A DNA stretch of 63,599 nt from Planctomycetales bacterium (GCA_015488215.1 WFOE01000064.1:1-63599); one strand, 5' to 3'; shown: positions 16,952 to 26,369, numbered from the stretch's first letter. The notes: generated by a model from the sequence alone, not told the origin. Made by a program: numbers and translations.

Positions 16952-19066
16952 ATGTTTCCCCACCCGAGGGTGCTCCTGCTCGTGTTGCTGGTCTGGCTGT
17001 GCCGTCCGGTGGAGACGGCGGCCCGGGACCAGGAACCGCTCTACGAAGCCGACTTGCTGGTGGTCGGCGGCACCGAAAGCGGTTGTGCTGCGGCGGTGCA
17101 AGCGGCACGGATGGGCGTGCGCCGGATTGTGCTGGTAAACGACACCTGGTGGTTGGGCGGGCAGTTTTCCAGCCAGGCGCTGGGCGCCATCGACGAAAAC
17201 CGCGGGCCGCAGGGTTATGGGCACGGCGTGCCTTTTCCGCGTTCGGGCATGTTTGCCGAAGTGGTCCAGGCCATCGAGCGGCTGAACCTGCGCAAGTACG
17301 GAAAAGCCCGGCCCGGCAACACCCGGGTCATTACCACCTGCCGTCCCCGGGATGCGGCCGAGGTGTTCCGCCGGTTCGTGCTGCCGGCGGTGGAGTCGGG
17401 GCAGTTGCTCATCCTGGGCCCCGCGGAGCCGGTCGGCGTGTTGCTGAAAGAGAACCGCACGCTTGTCGGTGTGCGGTTTGCCCGGCTGGAAAACGTGCCG
17501 GGGAGCAAGCTGCCGCAGAGCCGGATGCAGCGTCCGCCGAAGCGATTCGTGGTCCGGGCCCGAGTGACGATTGACGCTTCGGACTGGGGAGACGTGATCC
17601 GTCTTTCAGGAGCCGAGTACGATTTCGGTCCGGACCTGCGCGCCAAGTACGGCGAGCCGCTGGCTCCCGAGTTGCACGACCAGTATCCGCCCACGGACAT
17701 GAACCCGCTGACCTACTGCATCGTGTTGGAGGAATCTTCCGGAGGAAAGCAAATTGTTCCGCCGCCACCCGGTTATCAGCCGGGCTGTTATGAACAAAAC
17801 CCCTATCCGCGCACGCCGAAGTTCCTCTACACCAGTCGGCGTTTGATTGACGGGCGCGATCCGGCCGTGCAGCACGGGGACGTGGTGCTACTTTGCTACC
17901 CGTTGATGGATTATCCGCTGGACGTGCTTCCGAGCCACGTGGCCCAGGCTCTGGAGCAGACCGAACCGGGAGCGTCGCGGAAAAACATCGTCCAAATGGA
18001 CCGCCGTCAGCGGGAGCTCATCTACCAGGACGCCAAGCGTCATTCGCTGGGCTTTTTGCACTTTGTGCAAAGCAGGCACGCCCGGATGCCGGACCAGCGG
18101 TACAGCCTGGCTCGGCTGCGACTGAGCCGGGAGTTCGACACGCCGGACCACATGCCGCACAAGCCGTACTTCCGCGAATCGTTGCGGCTGGTGGCCGAGT
18201 ACATGATGAAACAACAAGACACCACCGGGGCGGAGGGCAAAGCGGTCCACTTTGCCCAAGCCATGTTTCCCGACGCCGTGGCTTGCTGGCAGTTCGAGTA
18301 CGACTTTCATCCTACCGGCAGGCGTTTCCTTCGCGAGGGCGACCGGAGCGGGCCGTGGTGGGGATATCTGAAACCGCTCCGCCGCTGGGGACCTCCCTAC
18401 AGCGGGCGAAGCCAGTTCCCGGCCCGAAGCCTGGTACCCCGAAAGCTCGGCGGATTGCTGGGAGCCCAAAAGAACCTGGGCTACAGCGCCGTGGTGGCCA
18501 GCGCCGTGCGATTGCACGATCAGAGCATGGCCATCGGTCAGGCCGCCGGAGCCGTGGCCGCAGTGGCCCTGCGGCGGGGCCGTCCGCTGCGCCGTATTGC
18601 CTGGCAACGCCACTTGCTGGCCGAAGTGTGGGCCGGATTGTGTTCCCGCGGTCCGGGCCGAGTGCCGGCGGTGCTTTGGCCGTTTCGGGACCTGGAACCG
18701 GAACACCCAGCGTTCGTTGCGGCCAACCAGCTTGCTGTGCGCCACATCCTACCGATGGCACCCGGGCAAATCGATTTTCGGCCCGACCAGCCCGCCGAGC
18801 CGCAATGGGTCCGGCAGGTGCTGCTCCGGTGCCGCCGGGTCAAGCAGGTGGAAAAACTTCCTCCGGTGCCCGACCAGGTGCGCAGCCGAGGGCAATTCGT
18901 TCGCTGGCTGTGGGAACAAGTGGCCCGGCTGCCGGAGCGTCCGTTCCCCTTGCCCAAGCGCCCCGGCGATGCCGACGCGGACGGCGTGCCGGACCGGAAC
19001 GATCCGCTGCCGTTTACGCCGGGGCAAAGCAGTTGGTCGGCGGGCCGGTTGCTCCCCCCGCCGTGA
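16952..19066 (+). CDS. Exported FAD-dependent oxidoreductase (FAD_oxidored-type), large
   Basis: ATG at 16952 gives a signal-like MFPHPRVLLLVLLVWLCRPVETAA, then DLLVVGGTESGCAAAVQAAR. The C-terminus has an Asp-rich Ca-binding-like DADADGVPDRND (thrombospondin type-3-like). Confidence 0.8.
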   Translation: MFPHPRVLLLVLLVWLCRPVETAARDQEPLYEADLLVVGGTESGCAAAVQAARMGVRRIVLVNDTWWLGGQFSSQALGAIDENRGPQGYGHGVPFPRSGMFAEVVQAIERLNLRKYGKARPGNTRVITTCRPRDAAEVFRRFVLPAVESGQLLILGPAEPVGVLLKENRTLVGVRFARLENVPGSKLPQSRMQRPPKRFVVRARVTIDASDWGDVIRLSGAEYDFGPDLRAKYGEPLAPELHDQYPPTDMNPLTYCIVLEESSGGKQIVPPPPGYQPGCYEQNPYPRTPKFLYTSRRLIDGRDPAVQHGDVVLLCYPLMDYPLDVLPSHVAQALEQTEPGASRKNIVQMDRRQRELIYQDAKRHSLGFLHFVQSRHARMPDQRYSLARLRLSREFDTPDHMPHKPYFRESLRLVAEYMMKQQDTTGAEGKAVHFAQAMFPDAVACWQFEYDFHPTGRRFLREGDRSGPWWGYLKPLRRWGPPYSGRSQFPARSLVPRKLGGLLGAQKNLGYSAVVASAVRLHDQSMAIGQAAGAVAAVALRRGRPLRRIAWQRHLLAEVWAGLCSRGPGRVPAVLWPFRDLEPEHPAFVAANQLAVRHILPMAPGQIDFRPDQPAEPQWVRQVLLRCRRVKQVEKLPPVPDQVRSRGQFVRWLWEQVARLPERPFPLPKRPGDADADGVPDRNDPLPFTPGQSSWSAGRLLPPP

Positions 19067-19242
19067 TGGTTGAAGTGTCGACTTCAACAGAAACCGCATC
19101 GACAACGGCCACTGCCAGCACGCGCCGGTGGCAAGAACTCGGCAATCGTTGCCGGCCCAATGCAATGCGACGAAGGAGGGGGGCCTCGCGGAAAAACGCT
19201 TTCCTACGGGAAAACCAACGGGCGACGTGGAAACGGCGGCCC

Positions 19243-19743
19243 TTACGGGTTGAACAGGTCTCGCGGCGGCCACAGGCTGCTTTTGACCGCGGGTAAGTTT
19301 TCCAGCAAGCTAGTCGTGATTGCCCGAAACACCGGCTCCAGTTCGGTCATTTCCCGGTCTTCGGCCTGGTAGAGTATAAGCAAAGCCCCTTCGGGTAATG
19401 CGGCGCCGCGGATACGAGCGGTGTTGACGAAATCCAGGCAAAAAAAGTCCACGTCGTACCCGTGGAGCCGATGTTCGGCTACGGTTTCTTCGACCGGTTC
19501 GGCGTCCAGCTTGGGATAATCCTGGCGCATTGCCGCCAGCGTGGTTTCCACCAGCGGCTGCGGACGCTGGCCGCGGCAGCGAAGGGCCATCCAGAACGCC
19601 CCCGACGGGGCCGTGAGCGTTACGGCGTGGTCCTGACCCAGCACGTGGACCGGCCCCGATTGAAGCGGCCCGGATTGCGATTCCACTCGCCAGGATTCGG
19701 GGTACTGGAACTTCAGCCCCCCTTGGTCGTATGTGGCCGGCAT
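19243..19743 (-). CDS. Hypothetical protein (166 aa)
   Basis: ATG at 19743 preceded by GAGGAAGG. Coding-like composition. No motif recognised. Confidence 0.55.
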   Translation of the reverse strand: MPATYDQGGLKFQYPESWRVESQSGPLQSGPVHVLGQDHAVTLTAPSGAFWMALRCRGQRPQPLVETTLAAMRQDYPKLDAEPVEETVAEHRLHGYDVDFFCLDFVNTARIRGAALPEGALLILYQAEDREMTELEPVFRAITTSLLENLPAVKSSLWPPRDLFNP

Positions 19744-19789
19744 CGGCCTTCCTCATGAAAAGCAAGCGGCGGACAGACCAGCAGCGACT

Positions 19790-19933
19790 CTAACGCCGCT
19801 TGACCCACACGGCTTTCAGCCGCCGAACCAACAGCGGCACCAGGTGAGCCATTGCCGCACCGGCAACCATGCCCGAGACGAACACGGCCCAAAGCGCCGG
19901 ACCTTCGGTGGCAGTCAAGTGGGCAAGCATCAT
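19790..19933 (-). CDS. Possible 47-aa membrane micro-protein
   Basis: The tail of ORF 19790..20284 starting at MMLAHLTATEGPALWAVFVSGMVAGAAMAHLV... GGAAAGGAAG lies upstream of the ATG at 19933. Confidence 0.3.
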   Translation of the reverse strand: MMLAHLTATEGPALWAVFVSGMVAGAAMAHLVPLLVRRLKAVWVKRR

Positions 19934-20252
19934 CTTCGGCACTTCCTTTCCTGCGCAGAAGGTGAAACGAGCAGCCTTCGTGTTCCATTGTAACGGAGTG
20001 CGGGAAAGAAACCACTGGCCTCGCGACGAAGTGTCCCCCTTTCGGCTGGCGTGCGGAAGGGACCAGTGGGGTTTTCGACCCTTTGGGGGAGAACCGCTTG
20101 GCGGCGGGCTACCGTTGGCCGAAGCGTTCGCACTGCTTTTGCCACTTTTGCCGTAAACTCCGCCGCTGCCCTTGTCCGAAGTGTGGACTAGGAAGGCGAG
20201 CCGGAAAAGCGGTGTCTGCCCCGCCGATACTCCTCCGGGACGAGTTCTGCCC

Positions 20253-21239
20253 ATGTGTTCTTGGCCAGCAGTCGGTGATAGCACTCCGCGGTGGTCGATT
20301 GCCGTCCTGTTGCAGCGGTCTCCTGAAGCGATGGAACAGACGTTGCTGTCGGTGCTGGAGAATGCCCCGGCAGCAGCGGAAGTGCTGCTCGTGCTGGACC
20401 AGCGCTACGACGATCCCTACGAACTGGAAGGGGAGGTGCGTTTTGTTCGGGCCGGGCGTCGGGCTTCGTGGAGCCGCTGTGCCAACGCCGCCCTGGCGGC
20501 CGCCCGGGGCCAATGGTTGCAACTGCTTCCGGCCGGAGCGCGCGTCACGCCCCAGTGGTGCCAGTGGCTGGAACACTTGCCGCCGGGGGCCAGCCCCGGG
20601 GCCGTGGCGTTGGGAATCGACCAAACCTCCGAAGCCGAACAGGTTCCTTCCCGGCAAACTGAGCCTGCGGACCACCCGGCCTTTTTGGACCAGCAGCCGC
20701 AGTGGGACCCTTGGCATCCGGGACGAATTGCCGAGCAGTTGAGCCGGTTCGGCCAAGCCGGAGCCGCTCTGTTCTTCCACCGGGAAAGCGTGCTGCGGGC
20801 CGGAGGCTGGCGAATGGGGTTGGCCACTCCGTGGGCCGAGGTGGAGCTGGTCCATCGGCTGCTGCAACAGGGGCATCCTCTGGCCCTCGCTCCGGACTGT
20901 ACGGTCCAGTTGCCCGGGCCGGCCGCTTCCCGCTCGGCGCTGGGCCGCGGCTGGTACCGGCGGCGGTTGCGGCTTGCGGTGCACTCGCCGCTGCGGGCAG
21001 TGTGGGAAGCGGCGGCGGGGTTTCCCGGGTTGCTGCTTGCCTTGGCGGCTCGGCCTCACCAGGCGGGCGAAACGCTGCTGGAAGCTCTGGGGGGCTTAAG
21101 CGCCTGGCTTACCTATCCGGTTTTGCGCCCCGAACTGCCTCCTGCGGGAGCCTTCGCGCAGGCCAACGCTACCGTGCCGTTGAAAAAACCGGACCAGGGG
21201 AAAGCCGCCCCCTGCCAGGGGCGGCGGAAGGCCGCGTAA
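20253..21239 (+). CDS. GT2-like glycosyltransferase (degenerate motifs)
   Basis: ATG at 20253. The N-terminal RWSIAVLLQRSPEAMEQTLLSVLEN...EVLLVLDQRYDDP resembles the GT-A fold N-terminus, but the usual DxD context is weak. Confidence 0.45.
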   Translation: MCSWPAVGDSTPRWSIAVLLQRSPEAMEQTLLSVLENAPAAAEVLLVLDQRYDDPYELEGEVRFVRAGRRASWSRCANAALAAARGQWLQLLPAGARVTPQWCQWLEHLPPGASPGAVALGIDQTSEAEQVPSRQTEPADHPAFLDQQPQWDPWHPGRIAEQLSRFGQAGAALFFHRESVLRAGGWRMGLATPWAEVELVHRLLQQGHPLALAPDCTVQLPGPAASRSALGRGWYRRRLRLAVHSPLRAVWEAAAGFPGLLLALAARPHQAGETLLEALGGLSAWLTYPVLRPELPPAGAFAQANATVPLKKPDQGKAAPCQGRRKAA

Positions 21240-21255
21240 TGCGGGTCCAGGGCAA

Positions 21256-21612
21256 CTAAAGCCAACCGGCTGTTTCCTGTTCGTGGCCCTGCTGTTGCGG
21301 GGTGCCAGCACGCACGCGGCTGCACAGGTCCAACAGTTCCTCCAGCGCCTGGCGGATCGCTTCCACGTCTTGTTCCGGGCCCGAAGCAACGCTTTGTTCG
21401 AGCTGAGCAGCCGAGGGGCTGAGCGGGTCGAACCCGTAGCTTCCGGCTGCCCCTTTGAGCTGGTGGGCGGTGCGGCGCAGGGTTTCCCAATCCCCCTGAT
21501 CGAACGCCTGCCGGAGTGTTTCAACCCGCTCGGGCAGCGATTCCACAAAGATTTCCACCAGTTCGGCCAGGTCCGGGTCGCTGGCCAGCGAAGAGTAAAG
21601 CAGTTGGCTCAT
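21256..21612 (-). CDS. Stand-alone Hpt phosphotransfer protein
   Basis: ATG at 21612 (MSQLLYSS...). Hpt signature HQLKGAAGSYGF. Confidence 0.8.
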   Translation of the reverse strand: MSQLLYSSLASDPDLAELVEIFVESLPERVETLRQAFDQGDWETLRRTAHQLKGAAGSYGFDPLSPSAAQLEQSVASGPEQDVEAIRQALEELLDLCSRVRAGTPQQQGHEQETAGWL

Positions 21613-21688
21613 GGGCGTTCCTCCTTTGCTTTGTCGTCGGTTCGTACGCACGCTCCTTTCCACTGGCACCTCCCGCAGAGATGCCCCA

Positions 21689-21704
21689 AACCGAACATTC
21701 GGTT
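21689..21704. promoter_or_regulatory. Inverted repeat AACCGAA-CA-TTCGGTT between divergent Hpt and CheY-like genes
   Basis: 7-2-7 palindrome, read directly from the sequence. Confidence 0.2.
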
Positions 21705-21911
21705 CATCCAAAAGTAGCTTACGAATTGCGGCAGGCCAGCGAATGAGTCTGACGATTTTGGCAATTGTTCGGCTCGGCTTGCCTTGGAGGACGAAAAACC
21801 TTCGGCTGCATCGCCTTGCTGTTCAGGAAGCCGTCGCAGCGGAAGCTACGATTATGGCGGGAATTGATGTTCCGGTGCTCGTTGCCACCTCTACTGTAAG
21901 GGGCGCAGCCG

Positions 21912-22358
21912 ATGGCTGATCGCATGTTATTACATTTGGACGACGATCCGCAGCTTACGGCCCTCATCCAGCGTCAACTGGCCGCCCACCAGATTACGTC
22001 CATACCAGTAAACGACCCCAACCAGTTGATGAACCAGTTGACGCGGACCCGAGCGCGGCTGGTGCTGCTGGATGTGGATATGCCGGGCAAAGACGGGCTG
22101 CAGGTGCTGCGCGAAATCAAGGAGTACGACGGAACTATCCTGGTAGTGATGCTGACCGGACTGGTGGGCCAGACCACCGTCATTCGCTCCCTGCGTTACG
22201 GGGCAGAGGCCTGTTTTTTCAAACCGGTGCAGGACATCCAACCCCTGCTGGCTTGCCTGGAAGATTGCTTCCGCAAGATCGACCGCTGGTGGAAATGCCT
22301 GGGTGAGCTTGTCGAACGGAAACGGGCCTTGCAAGGCCAACTTTCGAATCACAACTAA
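21912..22358 (+). CDS. CheY-like single-domain response regulator
   Basis: Receiver residues LDDD, LLDVDMPGKDG, VVMLTG and FFKP, followed by a short helical tail. Confidence 0.85.
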   Translation: MADRMLLHLDDDPQLTALIQRQLAAHQITSIPVNDPNQLMNQLTRTRARLVLLDVDMPGKDGLQVLREIKEYDGTILVVMLTGLVGQTTVIRSLRYGAEACFFKPVQDIQPLLACLEDCFRKIDRWWKCLGELVERKRALQGQLSNHN

Positions 22359-22438
22359 ACAAGACATTGCCCATCGCGTGCCGCAACCTGGAGCTGCTTC
22401 GCCTGGATGGTACTCGCAGAAAGACAAAACGCTGAGAG

Positions 22439-24697
22439 ATGACCGCCGAATCCGTCGAACTGCTCAACGACTTTCTGCAAGAGGCGCTGGACTCGCTTCG
22501 CGAGATTCCCCAGCAACTGGACGAGTTCTTTTCCTCGCCGGAAAACACGGAACCGATCCACGCCGTGTTCCGCTCGGTCCATTCCATCAAGGGAGCGGCG
22601 GGATTCTTCGGTCTGCTGGGCATCAAGAACTTTGCCCACCGTCTGGAAAACGTGCTGGACAAGCTGCGCAGCGGCACACTCCCCCCCGATGCCCGTCTGG
22701 CCGAGCTTCTCATCCAGGGGATCGACCTGCTGGACGATGCGCTCCAGCAAGCCGGAGACGGAGAGCAGCGCCAGGAACTAAGCGAAGCGGAGCAGGCCCT
22801 GCTTGACAAGCTGGAACAGTTGGTCGCCGAGTTGGGCGGCTCGGACGATCCGCAGGTGCAAATGGCCCAGGCGGCGCAGCAGCTTCGCGAAGTGGCCGAG
22901 CAGCTCAAAGAATGGACCGTGCCCGAAGCGCCCCAGGTTGCCGAAAAGCTGGAACAGATCGCCCGGCAGCTTGATCCCCCCAAAGAGCAGCAGGCCGAGA
23001 ATGCGGCGTCGGCGGAAACCCCATCGCCGCCCAAACATTCCGCCGCCCAGTTGGCCGAAAGCAAGTTTGCCGCGCCGGACGGAAGCGACGTGACCGACGT
23101 GTTGCGCCCGCTGGCTGGTTTTTTCCACCAGTGGGAACAAGGCCAATACACCGACGAGGCGGGCAAGACCTTTCTGGAGCAGGTTGACAAGGCGGCCCAA
23201 AGCCTGGAAAAGCACGGCCAGCAAAACGAAGCGGCCCGGTTGCGCAACGCCGCTGGCGACTTCCGCACCATCCTGGAAAGCCCCTTGGACCTGGACGACA
23301 ATCTGGTGAGCATCATCTGGGAACCGATTCAAGAAGTGCTGGGCACTTTCTGCCACCAGGAACAGCCCGAGCCGGCCCAGGACCAGCAAAAGTCCGGTTC
23401 GACCAAGCAGACTCAGCAAAAACAGGGAAAGCCCGCCGGCGGAAAAGCCAAAGGTTCCGGCGGAGAACCGCATCGAATCGTCCGGGTTCGGGAAGACTAT
23501 CTGGACGAGTTTCTGGAAAGTGTCTCGGAGCTGTTCATCACCTGCGAGCGCTACAAGGACGTGCAGAAGCGGATGGCCGAAACCGATCAGTTGCAGGCGC
23601 TGGTGGACGAGTTGCGGGAAATCAACGGCAGCTTCGTCCAGCAGTCTAACGACCTGCAACAGAAGGTGCTCACCCTGCGGCGGATTCCGGCCGGCACGCT
23701 GCTGTCCAAGTTTCCCAAGCTGGCCCGCACACTGGCCAACCAGTTGGGCAAGAAGGTGCGGGTGCACCTGATTGGCGAAGACATGCCGGTGGACAAGCAA
23801 ACCCTGGAAGCCTTGGACGCTCCCTTGACCCACATGGTCCGCAACGCCGTGGACCACGGCATCCAGTCGCCGGAAGAAAGAGCGGCCATGGGCCTGCCCG
23901 AACAGGGGAACATCTGGATCGAAATCCAGCAAACTCCCAAGGAAGTCGTGCTGGAGATTCGCGACGACGGCCGGGGAATCGATCCGAACCGGCTCCGCCG
24001 CAAAGCGGTCGAACGGGGCATCCTCACCCCCAAGCAGGCGGAAGCCTTGAGCGACCAGGAAGCCCAGGAACTGATTTTCCACCCCGGCTTTTCCACCGCC
24101 GAAAAAGTGTCCGACGTGTCGGGACGCGGCGTGGGCATGGACGTGGTGCTTACCACCGTCCGGGAACGTGGCGGCGAGATTACCCTGAAGTCCGAAGTCG
24201 GACGCGGCTCCACTTTCCGCATCACTATCCCCATCCAACAGGGCGTGCTGGTCAAGGACGCCCTGATGCTATCCTGGGCCGGTCAGCCGTTCGCCCTGCC
24301 GTTTGAGCACGTGGTGGAAATCGCCGAAGTGCCTCGGGAGCAACTGGTCCAAGTACAAACCCAGTGGGCCGTGACTCTACGGGGGCAGACCCATGCCGTA
24401 GTCCCGCTAGGCAAAGCGTTAGGCATCCAGCCCGAGGAGATAGACGACCAGGAACTGGTCCCCATCGTGCTGATTCGCAGTCTCAAAGGTAGTTTGTGTC
24501 TGGCCGTAGAACGAATTCTGGGACACCGCCAGGTGGTGGTTAACCCGCTGGAAGATTTGTTCAGCCACGTGGTGGGCGTGGCCGGCGTAACCCAACTGGG
24601 CGGAGGCAAGCTGGCCCTGGTGCTGGGAGCTGAGGAGATTATCCAGACGGCCGTTTCGTCCGAGGAAAGTGCCACGGGGCCTGCTGCGAAAGACTAA
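22439..24697 (+). CDS. cheA: Chemotaxis-type histidine kinase CheA
   Basis: P1 Hpt (FRSVHSIKGAAGFFG), a long acidic/Gln-rich linker, an HATPase core (HMVRNAVDHG, DDGRGID, GRGVGMD), and a C-terminal CheW-like domain. Confidence 0.9.
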   Translation: MTAESVELLNDFLQEALDSLREIPQQLDEFFSSPENTEPIHAVFRSVHSIKGAAGFFGLLGIKNFAHRLENVLDKLRSGTLPPDARLAELLIQGIDLLDDALQQAGDGEQRQELSEAEQALLDKLEQLVAELGGSDDPQVQMAQAAQQLREVAEQLKEWTVPEAPQVAEKLEQIARQLDPPKEQQAENAASAETPSPPKHSAAQLAESKFAAPDGSDVTDVLRPLAGFFHQWEQGQYTDEAGKTFLEQVDKAAQSLEKHGQQNEAARLRNAAGDFRTILESPLDLDDNLVSIIWEPIQEVLGTFCHQEQPEPAQDQQKSGSTKQTQQKQGKPAGGKAKGSGGEPHRIVRVREDYLDEFLESVSELFITCERYKDVQKRMAETDQLQALVDELREINGSFVQQSNDLQQKVLTLRRIPAGTLLSKFPKLARTLANQLGKKVRVHLIGEDMPVDKQTLEALDAPLTHMVRNAVDHGIQSPEERAAMGLPEQGNIWIEIQQTPKEVVLEIRDDGRGIDPNRLRRKAVERGILTPKQAEALSDQEAQELIFHPGFSTAEKVSDVSGRGVGMDVVLTTVRERGGEITLKSEVGRGSTFRITIPIQQGVLVKDALMLSWAGQPFALPFEHVVEIAEVPREQLVQVQTQWAVTLRGQTHAVVPLGKALGIQPEEIDDQELVPIVLIRSLKGSLCLAVERILGHRQVVVNPLEDLFSHVVGVAGVTQLGGGKLALVLGAEEIIQTAVSSEESATGPAAKD

Positions 24698-24781
24698 GGG
24701 AAGGTCTACCCTGATGCAACCGACAGGCGCGACGGCAGCCTTATTTTCGCCAAGCCGTCGTGAGTGCCGGCTAGCCTACGA

Positions 24782-25078
24782 CTAGTTCTGGCTGATGTTG
24801 AACGGCAGGCTAACTTCCCGGCCCAGCGGGTTCCGCACGAAGCGTTGGTAGCACTGAGGGCACAGGTCGTAGCGGAACTGGTGGCATCCGGGCTGCTCCA
24901 GCGCCTCGTCGTCCAGCCCTTCCAGAAGCTGGTTCAGTTCGGCTAGATGATCGCGGTCTTCTTCCAGATCTTCCGGGTAGATTTCCTCGTTGCCGGGAAA
25001 CACGTCCATGCGTACCACATAGCGTTTTTCGTGCGGTTGCAGCGTGCGGTGACAAAGATCGCAAGAATAACGAATCAT
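24782..25078 (-). CDS. Zinc-ribbon protein with acidic central segment (hypothetical)
   Basis: ATG at 25078 (MIRYSCDLCHRT...). CxxC ... CPQC pairs flank a Glu/Asp-rich linker. Confidence 0.5.
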   Translation of the reverse strand: MIRYSCDLCHRTLQPHEKRYVVRMDVFPGNEEIYPEDLEEDRDHLAELNQLLEGLDDEALEQPGCHQFRYDLCPQCYQRFVRNPLGREVSLPFNISQN

Positions 25079-25391
25079 GGCCGTCCCCCAATTCGCAGAC
25101 GGGTTGGGGAGCACACACCCTCCACGGCTTCATAGTAACCTGTGCCTTGTCGGAGAAGCAACCGCGTTTTCTTTCAGTGAAAATTGCTCCGGGTGGCAGA
25201 CGGCGCGTCGGCGGAGGCGAATCGGAACAGGTGCTAGGAAGCACCGAGCCAGGGAAATATCATAGAACCACCCAGCGGGCGGTAGTGCTGTCACGATGCC
25301 GCGGCCCGAGTACGTTCGCACACGCTGGTACAGGCAGCGGGGCAGTTCCTTTTCATTTTCGGTATCATCTGCAACGAAAGGAACGTACAGG

Positions 25392-25598
25392 ATGAGTCAA
25401 ACCAACGTGGAAGAAATCAAGCGGCGGTACAAAGAGTTCCTGGAGCTGATTCCCGTTACCTTGGCCATCGCCGGATTGCCGCCGAGTGAAGGCCAGCGCT
25501 ACTTCACCACCGAGCAACTGGAGCTGCGCGGCCAGGTGTTGGTCAACGCCTACAAGGTGGCCCGAAACGTGGTTCGCGAAGCGGTCAAGGGGAGCTGA
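25392..25598 (+). CDS. Small hypothetical protein (68 aa)
   Basis: ATG at 25392 preceded by AAGGAA. Helical-looking sequence. Same strand as, and immediately upstream of, the ECF sigma gene. Confidence 0.4.
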   Translation: MSQTNVEEIKRRYKEFLELIPVTLAIAGLPPSEGQRYFTTEQLELRGQVLVNAYKVARNVVREAVKGS

Positions 25599-25787
25599 TC
25601 CCCGAGGGCCCGTCTCCCTAGCCGGAACCGTGTTTGGCAATGTCAATACGCGGCCGGGGAGGAACGAATCCCCTGCTAGCGGCAAAGACGGTCCAAGCCG
25701 TAGGGATTTTCCTGTTAGCCGCCTCCCCAAGTGGGGGGAGTTCGTCCTGGGGCCCCTGAAACCTGTCGGGCCGGTCTGGGGTATTCT

Positions 25788-26369
25788 TTGTTGAAAGCAG
25801 AAACGGGCCTAGCACCAGTGCCAAGCCAGCGTGAAACCGACCAAGCTCTAGTGCAGCGGTGTCTCCAGGGCCAGCAGACGGCCATGGAGGAGCTGGTGCA
25901 GCGGTACCACAAGCTGGTGTTCGGCCTGTGTTTCCGCATGGTGGGCAACAGCCACGACGCGGAGGACCTGACCCAGGAAACATTCGTCCGGATGTTCCGG
26001 CACCTGGAAAGCTGGGACCCCCGACGGGCCTTCCGCCCCTGGCTGCTGGCTATTGCGGCCAACCGTTGCCGCAGTTTTCTGGGGCAGCGCCGCCACCGGC
26101 TGGAAGTACCCACCCCGGAAGTCGAGCCCTTGCCGCGGAAAGCTTCGGCCCCCAACAACGACCTGCAAGAAGAGGTCGAGTTGGGCTTGCAGCAATTGCG
26201 GGCCGAACACCGCCAGGCGTTTTTGCTGTTTTACGAACAGGAACTCAGCTATGCCGAAATTGCCGAAGTGATGCAGTGTCCGGTGGGAACGATCAAGACG
26301 TGGATCCATCGAGCACGGCAAGAGCTGATCCAGTTTTTGACCACCCGTGGCACCCTGCACGCAGGATAG
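25788..26369 (+). CDS. ECF (sigma-70 group 4) RNA polymerase sigma factor
   Basis: Region 2 (DAEDLTQETFVRMF) and region 4 (LSYAEIAEVMQCPVGTIKTWIHRAR). There is no in-frame ATG upstream of region 2, so I suggest TTG at 25788 or 25791 (ORF track 25731..26369). Confidence 0.85.
   Translation: MLKAETGLAPVPSQRETDQALVQRCLQGQQTAMEELVQRYHKLVFGLCFRMVGNSHDAEDLTQETFVRMFRHLESWDPRRAFRPWLLAIAANRCRSFLGQRRHRLEVPTPEVEPLPRKASAPNNDLQEEVELGLQQLRAEHRQAFLLFYEQELSYAEIAEVMQCPVGTIKTWIHRARQELIQFLTTRGTLHAG

Noticed and set aside
20186-20200. GGAAGGCGAGCCGG word upstream of the GT2-like gene (also ACTGAAGTC at about 38947), considered as additional R2 fragments.
   Set aside because: Only 8-14 nt are shared. Such short GC-rich words are expected by chance a few times in about 64 kb of GC-rich sequence.
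21664-21680. TGGCAC word upstream of the Hpt gene, considered as a sigma-54 -24 element. Also the TGGCAG...TATGC sequence at about 40470.
   Set aside because: The downstream GC dinucleotide is at the wrong spacing (8 or 11 nt instead of 10), and no TTGC -12 box is present.
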